Positions 1-9,853 of a DNA stretch of 64,000 bases are shown piece after piece (within the stretch, counting starts at the first letter, position 1; the number at the start of each line of letters is the position of its first letter). The DNA comes from an uncultured Gemmatimonadaceae bacterium (GTDB lineage: Bacteria > Gemmatimonadota > Gemmatimonadetes > Gemmatimonadales > Gemmatimonadaceae): contig CAWBOC010000003.1 of assembly GCA_963790305.1 (NCBI GenBank), positions 96,001 to 160,000 on the forward strand. The letters run 5' to 3'. The translations under genes were made by a program, and so were the position numbers. Under the pieces are notes generated by a model that worked only from the letters and a program-made list of their open reading frames with translations, had not been told where the DNA came from and ran no database searches.

Positions 1-214
1 GCCCACCGAGAAGATCGCAATGGATGTATCCCTCGAGGGTGATCCGCGAGAGCGCGCCCCGCCGCTCGCGCACGCGGACCTCGGTGCCGGCGCGCACGGT
101 CGCGATCGGCGCGCCTCGCGGCGCCGCGCGCACCTCGCTCGGCGCCGTCACCGTTGCCTGTGCGAGCAACGATGATGCGGTGAGAAGGGCGAGGAATACC
201 GGGACGACGTACAT
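1..214 (-). CDS. Secreted protein with SH3-like N-terminal domain (partial, runs off window)
   Basis: Manual translation from ATG at 214: MYVVPVFLALLTASSLLAQATVTAPSEVRAAPRGAPIATVRAGTEVRVRERRGALSRITLEGYIH. Signal peptide followed by an SH3b-like pattern. Confidence 0.55.
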   Translation of the reverse strand, partial: MYVVPVFLALLTASSLLAQATVTAPSEVRAAPRGAPIATVRAGTEVRVRERRGALSRITLEGYIHCDLLGG

Positions 215-297
215 CGCTGGTTGCCGTGTGGGAGGGCGCGTACATTTCACTGGCGCCCGATGCGCCGAAGTTATCAGTCGTACACCATTCAGCAAAG

Positions 298-1860
298 ATG
301 CCGAATCAACGTCGGCGCCCGGTGGTGCTCGTCGTCCTCGACGGGTGGGGGTATCGCACCGAGCGCGAGGGGAACGCCATCGCGCTCGCGCGCACACCGA
401 CCTGGGAGGCGCTCTGGGCACGCGCACCGCGCGCCCTCATTGAGGCATCGGGCCTCGCCGTTGGACTGCCCGAAGGGCAAATGGGCAACAGTGAGGTCGG
501 CCACCTGAACCTTGGCGCCGGCCGCGTAGTCCCCACCGATCTCGTGCGTATCTCGCTCGCCATCCGGGATGGCTCCCTTTTCGAGAACCCGGTGCTGAAG
601 GCCTTGTGCCGAGAGGTGCGAGAGCGCGGAACGACCTTGCATTTGTGCGGACTCATCGGGAACGGCGGCGTGCACGCCGTCGATGAGCATCTCTTCGGTC
701 TGTTCGACCTCGTGCAACGCGAGCGTCTGCCCAGGGTGGCGCTGCACGCGCTGCTCGACGGCCGTGACACGCTCCCGCGATCGGCGCTGGAGTTCATGCG
801 AGAGACCGTCGAGCGCTCGCGCGGTCGCGCGGAGGTCGCCACGTTCGGCGGGCGCTATTACGGCATGGATCGCGACAAGCGGTGGCCGCGCACCGAGCTA
901 TGGTATCGCGCGATGGTTCGTGGCGAAGGCGCACGCGCCACGGACCCGGTCGAGGCGATTCGTGAGGCGTACGACCGCGGCGAGAGCGATGAGTTCATCA
1001 AGCCGGTGGTCATCGAGCGCGGTGGACAGCCGGTGACGCGCGTCCGTGACGGGGATGGTCTGTTTCTGTTCAACTTTCGCGCAGATCGCATGCGGCAGAT
1101 CGTGCGCGCCTTCATCGAGCACGGCTTCGACGGATTCGATGTCAGCGATCGTCCACGCGTGAGCATCGCCAGCATGACGATGTACGACGAGACGTTCACG
1201 ATCCCCGTCGCCTTTCCGCCATTCGTGCTGTCGCGCATCGTCGCCGAAGTGCTCAGCGAGCATGGCAAGACAATGTTCCGCACCGCGGAGACGGAGAAAT
1301 ACGCGCACGTGACATATTTTTTCAACGGCGGGTTCGAGACGCCATATCCGGGGGAGGAGCGTCTCCTCGTTCCGAGTCAGAAGGTGGCGACCTACGATCT
1401 GGCACCACGGATGAGCGCCCCCGGTGTCACGGACGTGCTCTGTAATGCGATCGAGCAGCGCGAGCACGATTTCATCTTGTGCAACTATGCGAACGGGGAC
1501 ATGGTGGGCCACTCCGGCGTGCTGAGCGCTGGAGTGACGGCGGTGGAAACGGTCAATGAATGCCTCGCGCGTGTACTGGCGTCGGCGGAGCGGGCCGGTG
1601 CGCGCGTCATCGTGACGGCGGACCATGGCAATTGCGAGATGATGATCGACCCCGCGACCGGCGGTCCGCACACGGCGCACACGACGAACCCGGTACCGAT
1701 CGTGATCGTGGATCCCGATGGCGACCGCCCGCTGCGGTCGGGCGGCGCGCTCCAGGACGTTGGGCCAACGGTGCTCGCGATGCTCGACGTCCAGAAGCCG
1801 CCGGAGATGTCGGGTGTCGATCTGCGGGCTGCGTGTGCGGTGACAGTTGGAACTACCTGA
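298..1860 (+). CDS. gpmI: 2,3-bisphosphoglycerate-independent phosphoglycerate mutase
   Basis: VLVVLDGWG, GLPEGQMGNSEVGH, AETEKYAHVT, DMVGH and TADHGN motifs; start placed at MPNQ. Confidence 0.97.
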   Translation: MPNQRRRPVVLVVLDGWGYRTEREGNAIALARTPTWEALWARAPRALIEASGLAVGLPEGQMGNSEVGHLNLGAGRVVPTDLVRISLAIRDGSLFENPVLKALCREVRERGTTLHLCGLIGNGGVHAVDEHLFGLFDLVQRERLPRVALHALLDGRDTLPRSALEFMRETVERSRGRAEVATFGGRYYGMDRDKRWPRTELWYRAMVRGEGARATDPVEAIREAYDRGESDEFIKPVVIERGGQPVTRVRDGDGLFLFNFRADRMRQIVRAFIEHGFDGFDVSDRPRVSIASMTMYDETFTIPVAFPPFVLSRIVAEVLSEHGKTMFRTAETEKYAHVTYFFNGGFETPYPGEERLLVPSQKVATYDLAPRMSAPGVTDVLCNAIEQREHDFILCNYANGDMVGHSGVLSAGVTAVETVNECLARVLASAERAGARVIVTADHGNCEMMIDPATGGPHTAHTTNPVPIVIVDPDGDRPLRSGGALQDVGPTVLAMLDVQKPPEMSGVDLRAACAVTVGTT

Positions 1861-1934
1861 CGAACTGCAATTCGCAGCAGTTGTAGAAACCGGATCACCG
1901 ACTGAGATTCAAGACGTCCTCAAGGAGCCCCGTA

Positions 1935-2618
1935 GTGAATAGATTCGTGCTCGCAATCCTGATGCTCACGCCCGCGGCGATGAACGCGCAGGTGGGGCAT
2001 CTTCCGCAGGAGAGTCCCTTCGAGGACACGCCCTACCGCCAGGAGCTCACTTCCTACTCCGGCTGGTACAGCGGGGCAAAGGGTTCGGCGGGAGTGGGTC
2101 CGCAGGCGGGACCCATCGTCGGGCTGCGCTATGAGATTCGCATTGGCGGACCGGCGTACTTCAGCGTGCATGCCGGTCACGCGTTCTCGAAGCGGGACGT
2201 CATCGACCCGCTCAACCCACCAGCAACGCGCCACCTCGGCACGAAAGACGTGTCGCTCGTGCTCCTCAATGCCGGGCTCACGGTGAATCTCACCGGGCAG
2301 AAGAGCTGGCATGGCCTGATTCCGTTCACGCGCTTCGGCGTTGGGGTTGCCGCGAACGTCGCGAGTCGCACCGATCCCGCGAACTTCACGATCGGCACTC
2401 CCTTTGCACTCGTCCTCGGCACCGGCGTTCGATGGGTGCCGGGCGGGCGCTGGCAGTTTCGGTTCGATGCCGGCGATCACCTTTTCCGCCTGAATTACCC
2501 GTCGACGTATGGGTCGATTCCCCAGGGCGGCGGAGATCCAGTGCTGGCGGGAAAGACCTCGGAATGGAGGCACAACGGCGTGTTCACGCTCGGCGCGTCG
2601 TACGTCATCTCTCGATAG
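1935..2618 (+). CDS. Outer membrane beta-barrel-like secreted protein
   Basis: Signal peptide, alternating amphipathic strands, C-terminal FTLGASYV. Confidence 0.65.
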   Translation: MNRFVLAILMLTPAAMNAQVGHLPQESPFEDTPYRQELTSYSGWYSGAKGSAGVGPQAGPIVGLRYEIRIGGPAYFSVHAGHAFSKRDVIDPLNPPATRHLGTKDVSLVLLNAGLTVNLTGQKSWHGLIPFTRFGVGVAANVASRTDPANFTIGTPFALVLGTGVRWVPGGRWQFRFDAGDHLFRLNYPSTYGSIPQGGGDPVLAGKTSEWRHNGVFTLGASYVISR

Positions 2619-2631
2619 GCAGGAGCGATCC

Positions 2632-3129
2632 ATGGCGCGCGATTTCGAGGACATCTTCCGGCTCGACGACCTCAGCGATGAGGAGCTGCGCGCGCTGGTG
2701 CGGGATCAGCTCGCCGAGTACGAGACGGTCGACGCCGACAACATCCTCGTCACCGCGGCGAATGGCGAAGTCGTGCTGGCGGGCCGCGTCGGAACCGAGG
2801 AAGAGCGCCGTGTCGCCGAGCGAATTCTCGCCGACGTGATCGGGCTGAAGCGCTATCGCAACGATCTCGTCGTCGACGAGATCCGCCGCGATGAGGAGCC
2901 CGAGGCTGTCGACGAGCACCTCGCCAATGTGAGCGAAGGCAGCGGCGAGCCACTCGGCGTGCCTCTGGAGAACGTGGACGATGAGGCCGAGCACCTCGAG
3001 GAGGACCTGAACGCGCGCATGTTCGGGACGCACGACGTGCAGTCGGCCATCGAGCGCGGAACGGCGTGGAACCCGCCTGACGAGCCGACGCCAGAGGGGT
3101 TCGAGCCCGATCAGCGGGGAGAGCTGTAG
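2632..3129 (+). CDS. BON domain protein with acidic tail
   Basis: SDEELRALV...ILVTAANGEVVLAGRV...RNDLVV BON pattern; AGGAG RBS. Confidence 0.8.
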   Translation: MARDFEDIFRLDDLSDEELRALVRDQLAEYETVDADNILVTAANGEVVLAGRVGTEEERRVAERILADVIGLKRYRNDLVVDEIRRDEEPEAVDEHLANVSEGSGEPLGVPLENVDDEAEHLEEDLNARMFGTHDVQSAIERGTAWNPPDEPTPEGFEPDQRGEL

Positions 3130-3136
3130 CACGCTA

Positions 3137-3261
3137 GGGGTCAGGAGTCAGGAGTCAGGGATCAGGGGGGTCAGGGATGAGGTTTCAGGAGACGCGCGAA
3201 GCCTTCTCCTCACACCTTCGCCCCGACACCCCCTGATCCCTGACTCCTGACTCCTGACCCC
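3137..3261. repeat. Palindromic element of heptamer (TCAGGAG/TCAGGG) tandem repeats
   Basis: ggggtcaggagtcaggagtcagggatcaggggg at 3137-3169 is the reverse complement of 3229-3261. Confidence 0.85.
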
Positions 3262-3298
3262 GTGTTGCCCGGCGCTCGCTCTCCATGCACCTTGCAAC

Positions 3299-4018
3299 AT
3301 GACCCTTCCGCAATCTCTCGACGCGGTTGAAGAGTCCCCCGTGTGGCTCGAGGTGAACGGCGCGCCGGCCGTCACCTGGATGTGCACGCCGGCGCAGCTC
3401 GATGAGCTCGTCGTCGGGTGGCTGCATGGCGAAGGATACATCGAGTTGGCGAGCGACCTGATCTCGCTCCGACCGTGTGCGAAAGAGCTGGGTTTTTGGG
3501 CGCAAGTTCCGCCGGAGCGGTACAACGATGTCGAGTCGGCCGACCGACGACGCGTGCTCGCCTCCGGATGCGGAGCGGTCACCACCATTCTCGGCTCGCT
3601 CAGCTCCCTGCCCCGCCGCACCGTCACGGCTCCCGACCTCGATCTCGCGCGCACGCGCGCGCTCTTCAAGGAGCTGTTCGCGCGCGGCGAGCGCTACAAG
3701 GATACCGGTGGCATCCACGCCGCGGCGCTCACCAATGGCGAGCAGCTCCTCCACCACGCGGAAGACATCGGGCGGCACAATGCGGTCGACAAGGTGATTG
3801 GAGCAGCGCTCCTCGACGCGCGGACGCTCGAAGGTCTTACGCTGCTCGTGACCGGACGCATCTCCGGCGAGCTCGCGTTCAAGGCGGCGCGGGCGCGGCT
3901 GGGCGCGGTCGCGACCCCGTCGGTGCCATCGACGCTGGCGGTCGACATCGCACGCAGCGCCGGAACGCTTCTCATCGGGCGGGCGGTGAGTGGACAGCCG
4001 CAATTCCATCGGCCGTGA
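3299..4018 (+). CDS. fdhD: Formate dehydrogenase accessory sulfurtransferase FdhD
   Basis: SGCG, TGGIHAAA, EDIGRHNAVDKVIG and TGRISGE motifs. Confidence 0.93.
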   Translation: MTLPQSLDAVEESPVWLEVNGAPAVTWMCTPAQLDELVVGWLHGEGYIELASDLISLRPCAKELGFWAQVPPERYNDVESADRRRVLASGCGAVTTILGSLSSLPRRTVTAPDLDLARTRALFKELFARGERYKDTGGIHAAALTNGEQLLHHAEDIGRHNAVDKVIGAALLDARTLEGLTLLVTGRISGELAFKAARARLGAVATPSVPSTLAVDIARSAGTLLIGRAVSGQPQFHRP

Positions 4019-4638
4019 TCGGATGCACCGGCGTCATCCTCGCCGGGGGAGCGGCGTCGCGGTACGGGGGACGTCCCAAGGGGCTCGAGAGGGTCGGCGG
4101 ATTGAGAGTGATCGATCGGGTGGCGGAGTCCCTCCGCGGAGCAGCCGACACGTTACTCCTGATCGCCAACGATCCAGCCGCGCGCGACTGGCTCCCCAAT
4201 GTCCCGATCGCCGCCAATGTGCGGACGAATTGCGGCAGCCTCGGAGGTATCCACGCCGCGATCGTCCACGCCGGACAACCGGTGCTCGTCGTCGCCTGGG
4301 ACATGCCGTTTGTTCCGGCACCGCTCCTGCGAGCGCTGCGCGACGCCGGCGCTCGCGCGGATGCGGCCCTTCCCGAGAGCGGCTCGCGGCGCGGCGTCGA
4401 GCCGTTATGCGCATACTACGCACCGACGTGTGTCCCGGCGATCGAGCGCAGGCTGGACGCGAAGGACATGCGCGTCATCTCCTTCTTCGAGGATGTGCGC
4501 GTCGAGCGGCTGCCCGAGCAGGAAGTTCGACGGTTCGGCGATCCGGCGGTCCTCTTCATGAACGTGAACACACCCAATGACCTCGCCCTCGCCGAACGGC
4601 ACGCCGCCAATGGTCTCCATCGTCGGGCGGAAGCATAG
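4015..4638 (+). CDS. mobA: Molybdenum cofactor guanylyltransferase
   Basis: GVILAGGAASRYGGRPKG, VAWDMPF, EPLCAYY and FMNVNTP motifs; GTG start overlaps the fdhD stop. Confidence 0.92.
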   Translation: MIGCTGVILAGGAASRYGGRPKGLERVGGLRVIDRVAESLRGAADTLLLIANDPAARDWLPNVPIAANVRTNCGSLGGIHAAIVHAGQPVLVVAWDMPFVPAPLLRALRDAGARADAALPESGSRRGVEPLCAYYAPTCVPAIERRLDAKDMRVISFFEDVRVERLPEQEVRRFGDPAVLFMNVNTPNDLALAERHAANGLHRRAEA

Positions 4639-5125
4639 CGGAAAGACGACGCTCGTCGTCCGGCTGGTGGCCGAGCTCGTCAGGCGCGGCCACCGCGTGA
4701 TGACGATCAAGCATGGCTCGCATACCTTCAATCTCGATCCGGCGGCGACCGATACCTACCGGCACTATCACGAGGGGAATGCCGAGAAGGTCGCGATGAT
4801 CTCGCCGGACAAGTTCGCGCTCGTTGAGCGCTGGAGCGACGAGCTGAGCCCTCAGGAGGTGGCGACTCGGCACATGGCCGACGCCGATGTCGTCATCTGC
4901 GAGGGGTTCACGCGGTTGGCGCTGCCCAAGATCGAGATCTTCCGCCGCGCGGCTCATGCGCAGCCACTGTGGGGCCCCGCGTCCGACGGCGCCGCGACCT
5001 GGCGGGCCGTCGTCACCGACGCCGATGACTTCCGCGCGCCCGTGCCTATCTTTCAGCTGAGCAATGCGCGGTGGCTCGAGGAGCTCGCCACCTTCGTCGA
5101 ACGTGAGCTGATGAATCGCCCATGA
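4577..5125 (+). CDS. mobB: Molybdopterin-guanine dinucleotide biosynthesis protein B
   Basis: GRKHSGKTTL P-loop, IKHGSH, VICEGF; start may be 4610. Confidence 0.92.
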   Translation: MTSPSPNGTPPMVSIVGRKHSGKTTLVVRLVAELVRRGHRVMTIKHGSHTFNLDPAATDTYRHYHEGNAEKVAMISPDKFALVERWSDELSPQEVATRHMADADVVICEGFTRLALPKIEIFRRAAHAQPLWGPASDGAATWRAVVTDADDFRAPVPIFQLSNARWLEELATFVERELMNRP

Positions 5126-6630
5126 CCAGAGCCGTCATTCTTGCCGCCGCGGTACTCGCGGCGTGCGCGCCGACCGTGCCCCTCACCATTACACCGACTC
5201 CCGCGCGACAGCGTGCGGCCTTGCGATGGTGGCTCGACTCGGCCGTCGCCGCACCGGAGTTCCGCAGCGCGACCTGGGGCATCCTGGTCGTGGATCCGGA
5301 GCGTGGCGACACGGTCGTCAGCTACAACCCGGCCAAGCTCTTCATGCCGGCGTCCAACATGAAGATCATCACTGGCGCGGTCGCGTTGGCGCAGCTTGGT
5401 CCCGATTACCGATTCCGCACGACGCTCCTTGCGACCGGGCCGATCGTCGGCGGCAAGCTTCGCGGTGATCTCGTGATCGTCGGCCGCGGGGATCCCACCG
5501 CGAGCGACCACATGCGGGGCGACGCGATGCTCGCCATGCTCGAGCTCGCCGACTCCATCGCGGCCCGGGGTATCCTGCGGATCGAAGGACGTATCCGCGC
5601 CGAGGGCGACGCCTTCCCCGGCGCGATCTACGGCTATGGGTGGTCGTGGGACGAGGTCGACGAGCCGTATTCCGCCGGCGTCGATGAGCTGTACTTCAAC
5701 GAGGGATTTTCGCGCATCGTCATCCGCGGAGGAGCGTTCCCGGGTGAGCCGGTCACCGCCGCTGTGCTTCCGTCACGCGGCTACCCGCGCGTGCGTATCG
5801 ATGCTCGGACGGTTCCCGAGCCCGATTCCGGATTGACGGCAGGCGATGCGCTCGTCACTCCGCTGTCCATTCGTGTCGAGCGCGACTCCGCGCCGGGCAC
5901 GATCGTCGTTCGCGGCACGATCGCTCCGCACGACAGCCAAATGGTTCGTTTCGCGCATGCCGCGCCGCCGACCGCGTACATCACGGCCCTCAAGGAGGCG
6001 CTCGAAGCGCGAGGACTCTCGGTCGCGGAAAGTGATTCCGCATCGAACGGTACTCCAGGAGCCACGCTCGACACCATCGCGGTCGTTCTGTCTCCGCCGT
6101 TGCGCGAGATCATGCCGGTATTCGAGAAGCCGTCGCAGAATCAGATCGGGGAGATCCTGCTGCGAACGCTGGGGCTCGAGCGCACCGGCGTGGGCAGTCC
6201 GGACAGCGGGCGGGCCGTCATCGAGCGACAGCTTCTCGAGTGGGGCGCGACCCGCGACGGATTCATCGTGCGCGACGGTAGCGGGCTCTCGCGATACAAC
6301 TATCTGTCGCCGGAGACGATCGTGCGGGTGCTCGACGTCATGCGACGAGATACGGTGTTCCAGGTGTTCTACGACGCGCTGCCGATCGCCGGCGTCGATG
6401 GAACGCTGGCCAACCGCATGAAGGGGACTTACGCGGAGGCGAACGCGCGAGGGAAGACTGGATTCGTCGCCCAGGCTCGCTCGCTCTCCGGGTACGTGAC
6501 GTCGGCCGACGGCCGCCTGCTGATCTACAGCGTGCTGTGCAACAACTGGACGGTCCCTGTGCGCACGGTCGAGCGCATGCAGGACAGCCTCGTAGCCAGA
6601 CTGGCGGGCATGACGGCCGGCGCGCGTTAG
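5122..6630 (+). CDS. dacB: D-Ala-D-Ala carboxypeptidase/endopeptidase (PBP4, peptidase S13), lipoprotein
   Basis: PASNMK, SQN, DGSGLSR and GKTG motifs; LAAC lipobox. Confidence 0.93.
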   Translation: MTRAVILAAAVLAACAPTVPLTITPTPARQRAALRWWLDSAVAAPEFRSATWGILVVDPERGDTVVSYNPAKLFMPASNMKIITGAVALAQLGPDYRFRTTLLATGPIVGGKLRGDLVIVGRGDPTASDHMRGDAMLAMLELADSIAARGILRIEGRIRAEGDAFPGAIYGYGWSWDEVDEPYSAGVDELYFNEGFSRIVIRGGAFPGEPVTAAVLPSRGYPRVRIDARTVPEPDSGLTAGDALVTPLSIRVERDSAPGTIVVRGTIAPHDSQMVRFAHAAPPTAYITALKEALEARGLSVAESDSASNGTPGATLDTIAVVLSPPLREIMPVFEKPSQNQIGEILLRTLGLERTGVGSPDSGRAVIERQLLEWGATRDGFIVRDGSGLSRYNYLSPETIVRVLDVMRRDTVFQVFYDALPIAGVDGTLANRMKGTYAEANARGKTGFVAQARSLSGYVTSADGRLLIYSVLCNNWTVPVRTVERMQDSLVARLAGMTAGAR

Positions 6631-7881
6631 GTGCTGACGGTCGCGGAGGCGGTCGAGCGCATCCTCGCCGACGTCGTCCGCGGCCCGGTCGAGCCGGTAG
6701 CGCTCCCTGAGGCGGTGGGACGCGTGCTTGCGTCTCCGGCAATCTCGCCGATCACGATTCCCGCGTGGGACAACTCGGCCATGGATGGCTACGCCGTACA
6801 CGCGGCTGATGTCGAGCGCGCCACGGCGGACGCGCCGGTGACACTCCCGGTTCTCGAGACGATTGCGGCCGGTGGCTTCCCGAGTCGGCCGCTGCCACCG
6901 GGATCCGCCACGCGCATCATGACCGGCGCGCCCCTGCCAGAAGGAGCGGATACCGTCGTGCGCGTGGAGGACACCGACGCCGGTACGACGACCGTCAGCA
7001 TCCGCAATGCGCGCGATGCGCGCAAGAACATTCGCTACCGCGGCGAGGACATTCATGAGGGCGCGCGCGTCATGGAGCCGGGAACGGCCGTGCACGCGGC
7101 GCAGGTCGGCGTCCTCGCGTCCATCGGCCGCGCACAGGTCGACGTATACGCGCGACCACGGGTCGCGATCATGACGTCGGGGGACGAGCTCGTCGATCTC
7201 GATCAGTTCGACGAGGTGCGCGCCGGACGAAAGATCGTCAGCTCGAACAGCTACACCCTCGAGGCGCTCGTTCGAGCCGCGGGTGGGCTGCCCGTGTCAG
7301 TCGGAACTGCGCGCGATGACCCCGACGACATCCGCGCGCGACTCGATCGAGCCGCGGCGTGCGATCTCATCGTCACCTCGGCCGGCATCTCCGTGGGCGA
7401 GTTCGATCACCTGCGGCGGGTGCTCGATGGGATGGGCCTCGAGCTCAAGTTCTGGCGCGTCCGCATGCGTCCTGGGGCCCCGCTCGGGTTCGGTCTACTT
7501 CGCGGCAAGCCGTGGATTGGACTGCCGGGCAATCCGGTCTCGACGATGGTGACGTTCGATCTCTTCGTTCGCCCCGCCATTCGGAAGATGCTGGGCCACG
7601 AGCGGCTGTTTCGCCGGCCGGTCCGCGTCACGCTCGAGGAACCGGTCTCGATCGGTGCGCGGCTCACGCATTTTCTGCGCGCAACGGTGCGACCAGGAGC
7701 TGACGGCCAGCTCCTCGCGCGCCTAACGGGGCCGCAGGGGTCGGGCATCCTCACGTCAATGTCGAGGGCGGAAGCGTTGCTCATCATCCCCGAGGAGCGC
7801 TCCCGCGTCGAGGCGGGTGAGATCGTGCATGCCTTTCTGCTCACGGAGGACACGCAGCTCGCGGGCGCGTTCTCGATGTGA
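6631..7881 (+). CDS. moeA: Molybdopterin molybdotransferase
   Basis: DNSAMDGYAV, RIMTGAPLPEGAD, SGDEL and GLPGNPVS motifs. Confidence 0.96.
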   Translation: MLTVAEAVERILADVVRGPVEPVALPEAVGRVLASPAISPITIPAWDNSAMDGYAVHAADVERATADAPVTLPVLETIAAGGFPSRPLPPGSATRIMTGAPLPEGADTVVRVEDTDAGTTTVSIRNARDARKNIRYRGEDIHEGARVMEPGTAVHAAQVGVLASIGRAQVDVYARPRVAIMTSGDELVDLDQFDEVRAGRKIVSSNSYTLEALVRAAGGLPVSVGTARDDPDDIRARLDRAAACDLIVTSAGISVGEFDHLRRVLDGMGLELKFWRVRMRPGAPLGFGLLRGKPWIGLPGNPVSTMVTFDLFVRPAIRKMLGHERLFRRPVRVTLEEPVSIGARLTHFLRATVRPGADGQLLARLTGPQGSGILTSMSRAEALLIIPEERSRVEAGEIVHAFLLTEDTQLAGAFSM

Positions 7882-8549
7882 AGGGCGCCGGCCTGGTCCG
7901 CGATCTCGAGACCCGCTTCGTCACGACGACGGTGGACGTGGACATCGCGAACGCATCGCTCTCGATTCTCAAGCCGCGCAACTCGGACGACCTCATCACC
8001 GAGGCCGACTACGTTCGGGACGAGCGGCTCCCCTACTGGGCGGATGTGTGGCCCTCCTCGCTGATTCTGGCCAAGCGCCTCGCGGATGAAACGGGCCGCC
8101 GCCGCTCGCTGCTCGAGCTGGGCTGCGGGCTCGGAATTGCCTCCATCACCGCGATGCGCTCGGGGTTTACGGTGATGGCAAGCGACTACTACGAGGACGC
8201 GCTCCATTTCACGCGCGCGAACGCGTGGCGGAACCTCCGTCGCGAGCCGGCGGCTCGAATGATCGACTGGCGGGCGCTCCCCAGCGACCTCGGCACGTAC
8301 GACATGATCGTCGCGGCGGACGTGCTCTACGAGATGACCTACGCCCAGCTCGTGGCCGACGCGCTGTCCACCGCGCTCGCGCCTGGGGGCACCGCGATCA
8401 TCGCCGATCCGGGGCGGGTCGCCGTGGACCAGTTCGTGGAAGCCTGTGAGTCGCGCGGCCTCACGAGGATCGAGCGCAACACCCGTCCCTTCGTCGAAGG
8501 TGCGATTCGCCAGAAGATCACGCTGTTCTCCATCCAGCGCGCCCGATAG
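7878..8549 (+). CDS. Class I SAM-dependent methyltransferase (METTL21/nicotinamide N-methylase-like)
   Basis: PYWADVWPS, LLELGCGLG and AADVLYE motifs. Confidence 0.85.
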   Translation: MKGAGLVRDLETRFVTTTVDVDIANASLSILKPRNSDDLITEADYVRDERLPYWADVWPSSLILAKRLADETGRRRSLLELGCGLGIASITAMRSGFTVMASDYYEDALHFTRANAWRNLRREPAARMIDWRALPSDLGTYDMIVAADVLYEMTYAQLVADALSTALAPGGTAIIADPGRVAVDQFVEACESRGLTRIERNTRPFVEGAIRQKITLFSIQRAR

Positions 8550-8690
8550 GCCATCAGCATTTCAATCGGAATCCGAACACCGTCATGACAACCGCGGCAC
8601 GAATACCGGGGTAAACAGGGAACATCCTGCTCGTTCCCTTGCGTTCCGGTACGAACGAATAATCGAGCACAGCCTCAGCGGAGATCTGGA

Positions 8691-9227
8691 ATGTCGTTCC
8701 TTTCACGGGCGCTCGTCATCACGACGCTCGCTTTGATGCCCGGCATCGCGCTCGCACAGGAGAGCACGCCGCGCATTCTGTCGCCTCGCGATACCACCTC
8801 GCAGACCATTGGGTCGGCTCAGCTCGTGGTGGACTACGGTCGGCCATCGAAGCGTCGTCGACAGATCTTCGGCAGCCTCGTCCCATATGACGCACTCTGG
8901 CGGACGGGCGCGAACGAGGCGACGCACCTGCGCACCGATCGTGATCTTGTCATTGGCACCCTTCGCGTCCCGCGCGGGACGTACACGCTCTGGACCATCC
9001 CCGCCCGCGACGGCTGGACACTGATCGTGAACCGTCAGACCGGCCAATGGGGAACGGACTACGACAAGACCCAGGACGTCGGTCGCACGCAAATGAAGGT
9101 CGCGACGCTGCGCGAACCGGTTGAGCGGTTCACGATCGCGATCGAGCCGACGCGAAACGGCGCCGGCGTGCTCGTCATGCGCTGGGATACGACGCAGGCG
9201 ACCGTTCCGATTCAGGTCGAGAAGTGA
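8691..9227 (+). CDS. DUF2911 family secreted protein
   Basis: SPRD, VDYGRPS, WRTGANEAT and QWGTDYD motifs. Confidence 0.88.
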   Translation: MSFLSRALVITTLALMPGIALAQESTPRILSPRDTTSQTIGSAQLVVDYGRPSKRRRQIFGSLVPYDALWRTGANEATHLRTDRDLVIGTLRVPRGTYTLWTIPARDGWTLIVNRQTGQWGTDYDKTQDVGRTQMKVATLREPVERFTIAIEPTRNGAGVLVMRWDTTQATVPIQVEK

Positions 9228-9265
9228 TGCCGTGACGGCGCCCGCGGCGCCGTCGTCACCTCGGC

Positions 9266-9742
9266 GTGACCTTCAGCCCGAAGTACCTCGCCGAGGCAAT
9301 CGTACTCCTGGGCATCGCGTGGGCGGTGATCCGGTGGATCGGGCGTTCGCTGCTCGATATCTCCGGCGGGTCGCGCGACGCCGAGGGCCGTCGCTTTCTC
9401 GAGAGCGTGTGGCGACCACCGGCGACGAGCTCGGAGCAGTCGCTGTTCGCGCGCTCCGCGTCACGAGAGACCGCCGCGGCCGGGCGAGATGATCCGCGAT
9501 ACACCGACCGGCGGCGGGTTCTCGAGGTGACGTTTCGCGAGCTGCGCGCCGATGGTCCCATTGCCGAGCGAGCTACCGCCATGAGCGACGCCGAGCGTCA
9601 GGCGATCTACGATGATCTCGTGGCGCGCCTCGATGCGGGGGATGTCTCCGATGCGGAGCGCGCGTTTGCGTTGGCGGTGGCGATGAAGAGGCTAGGATTG
9701 CGGGGAGGCAAGGCGGCGGCCGAGGTGGTGAAAAAGCTCTGA
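9266..9742 (+). CDS. Hypothetical protein with N-terminal TM segment
   Basis: 157-158 aa ORF fills the intergenic space; no recognisable motif. Confidence 0.5.
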   Translation: MTFSPKYLAEAIVLLGIAWAVIRWIGRSLLDISGGSRDAEGRRFLESVWRPPATSSEQSLFARSASRETAAAGRDDPRYTDRRRVLEVTFRELRADGPIAERATAMSDAERQAIYDDLVARLDAGDVSDAERAFALAVAMKRLGLRGGKAAAEVVKKL

Positions 9743-9754
9743 TGCGCCAGGGTA

Positions 9755-9853
9755 GACGGCATAACCACAGAGGCACAGAGGGCACGGAGAACGGCGAACT
9801 GCTGTTGAGCAGTCGCCGTTCTCCGTGCCCTCTGTGCCTCTGTGGTTATGCCG
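9755..9853. repeat. Palindromic element (ATAACCACAGAGGCACAGAG family)
   Basis: acggcataaccacagaggcacagagggcacggagaacggcga pairs with tcgccgttctccgtgccctctgtgcctctgtggttatgccgt. Confidence 0.9.
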
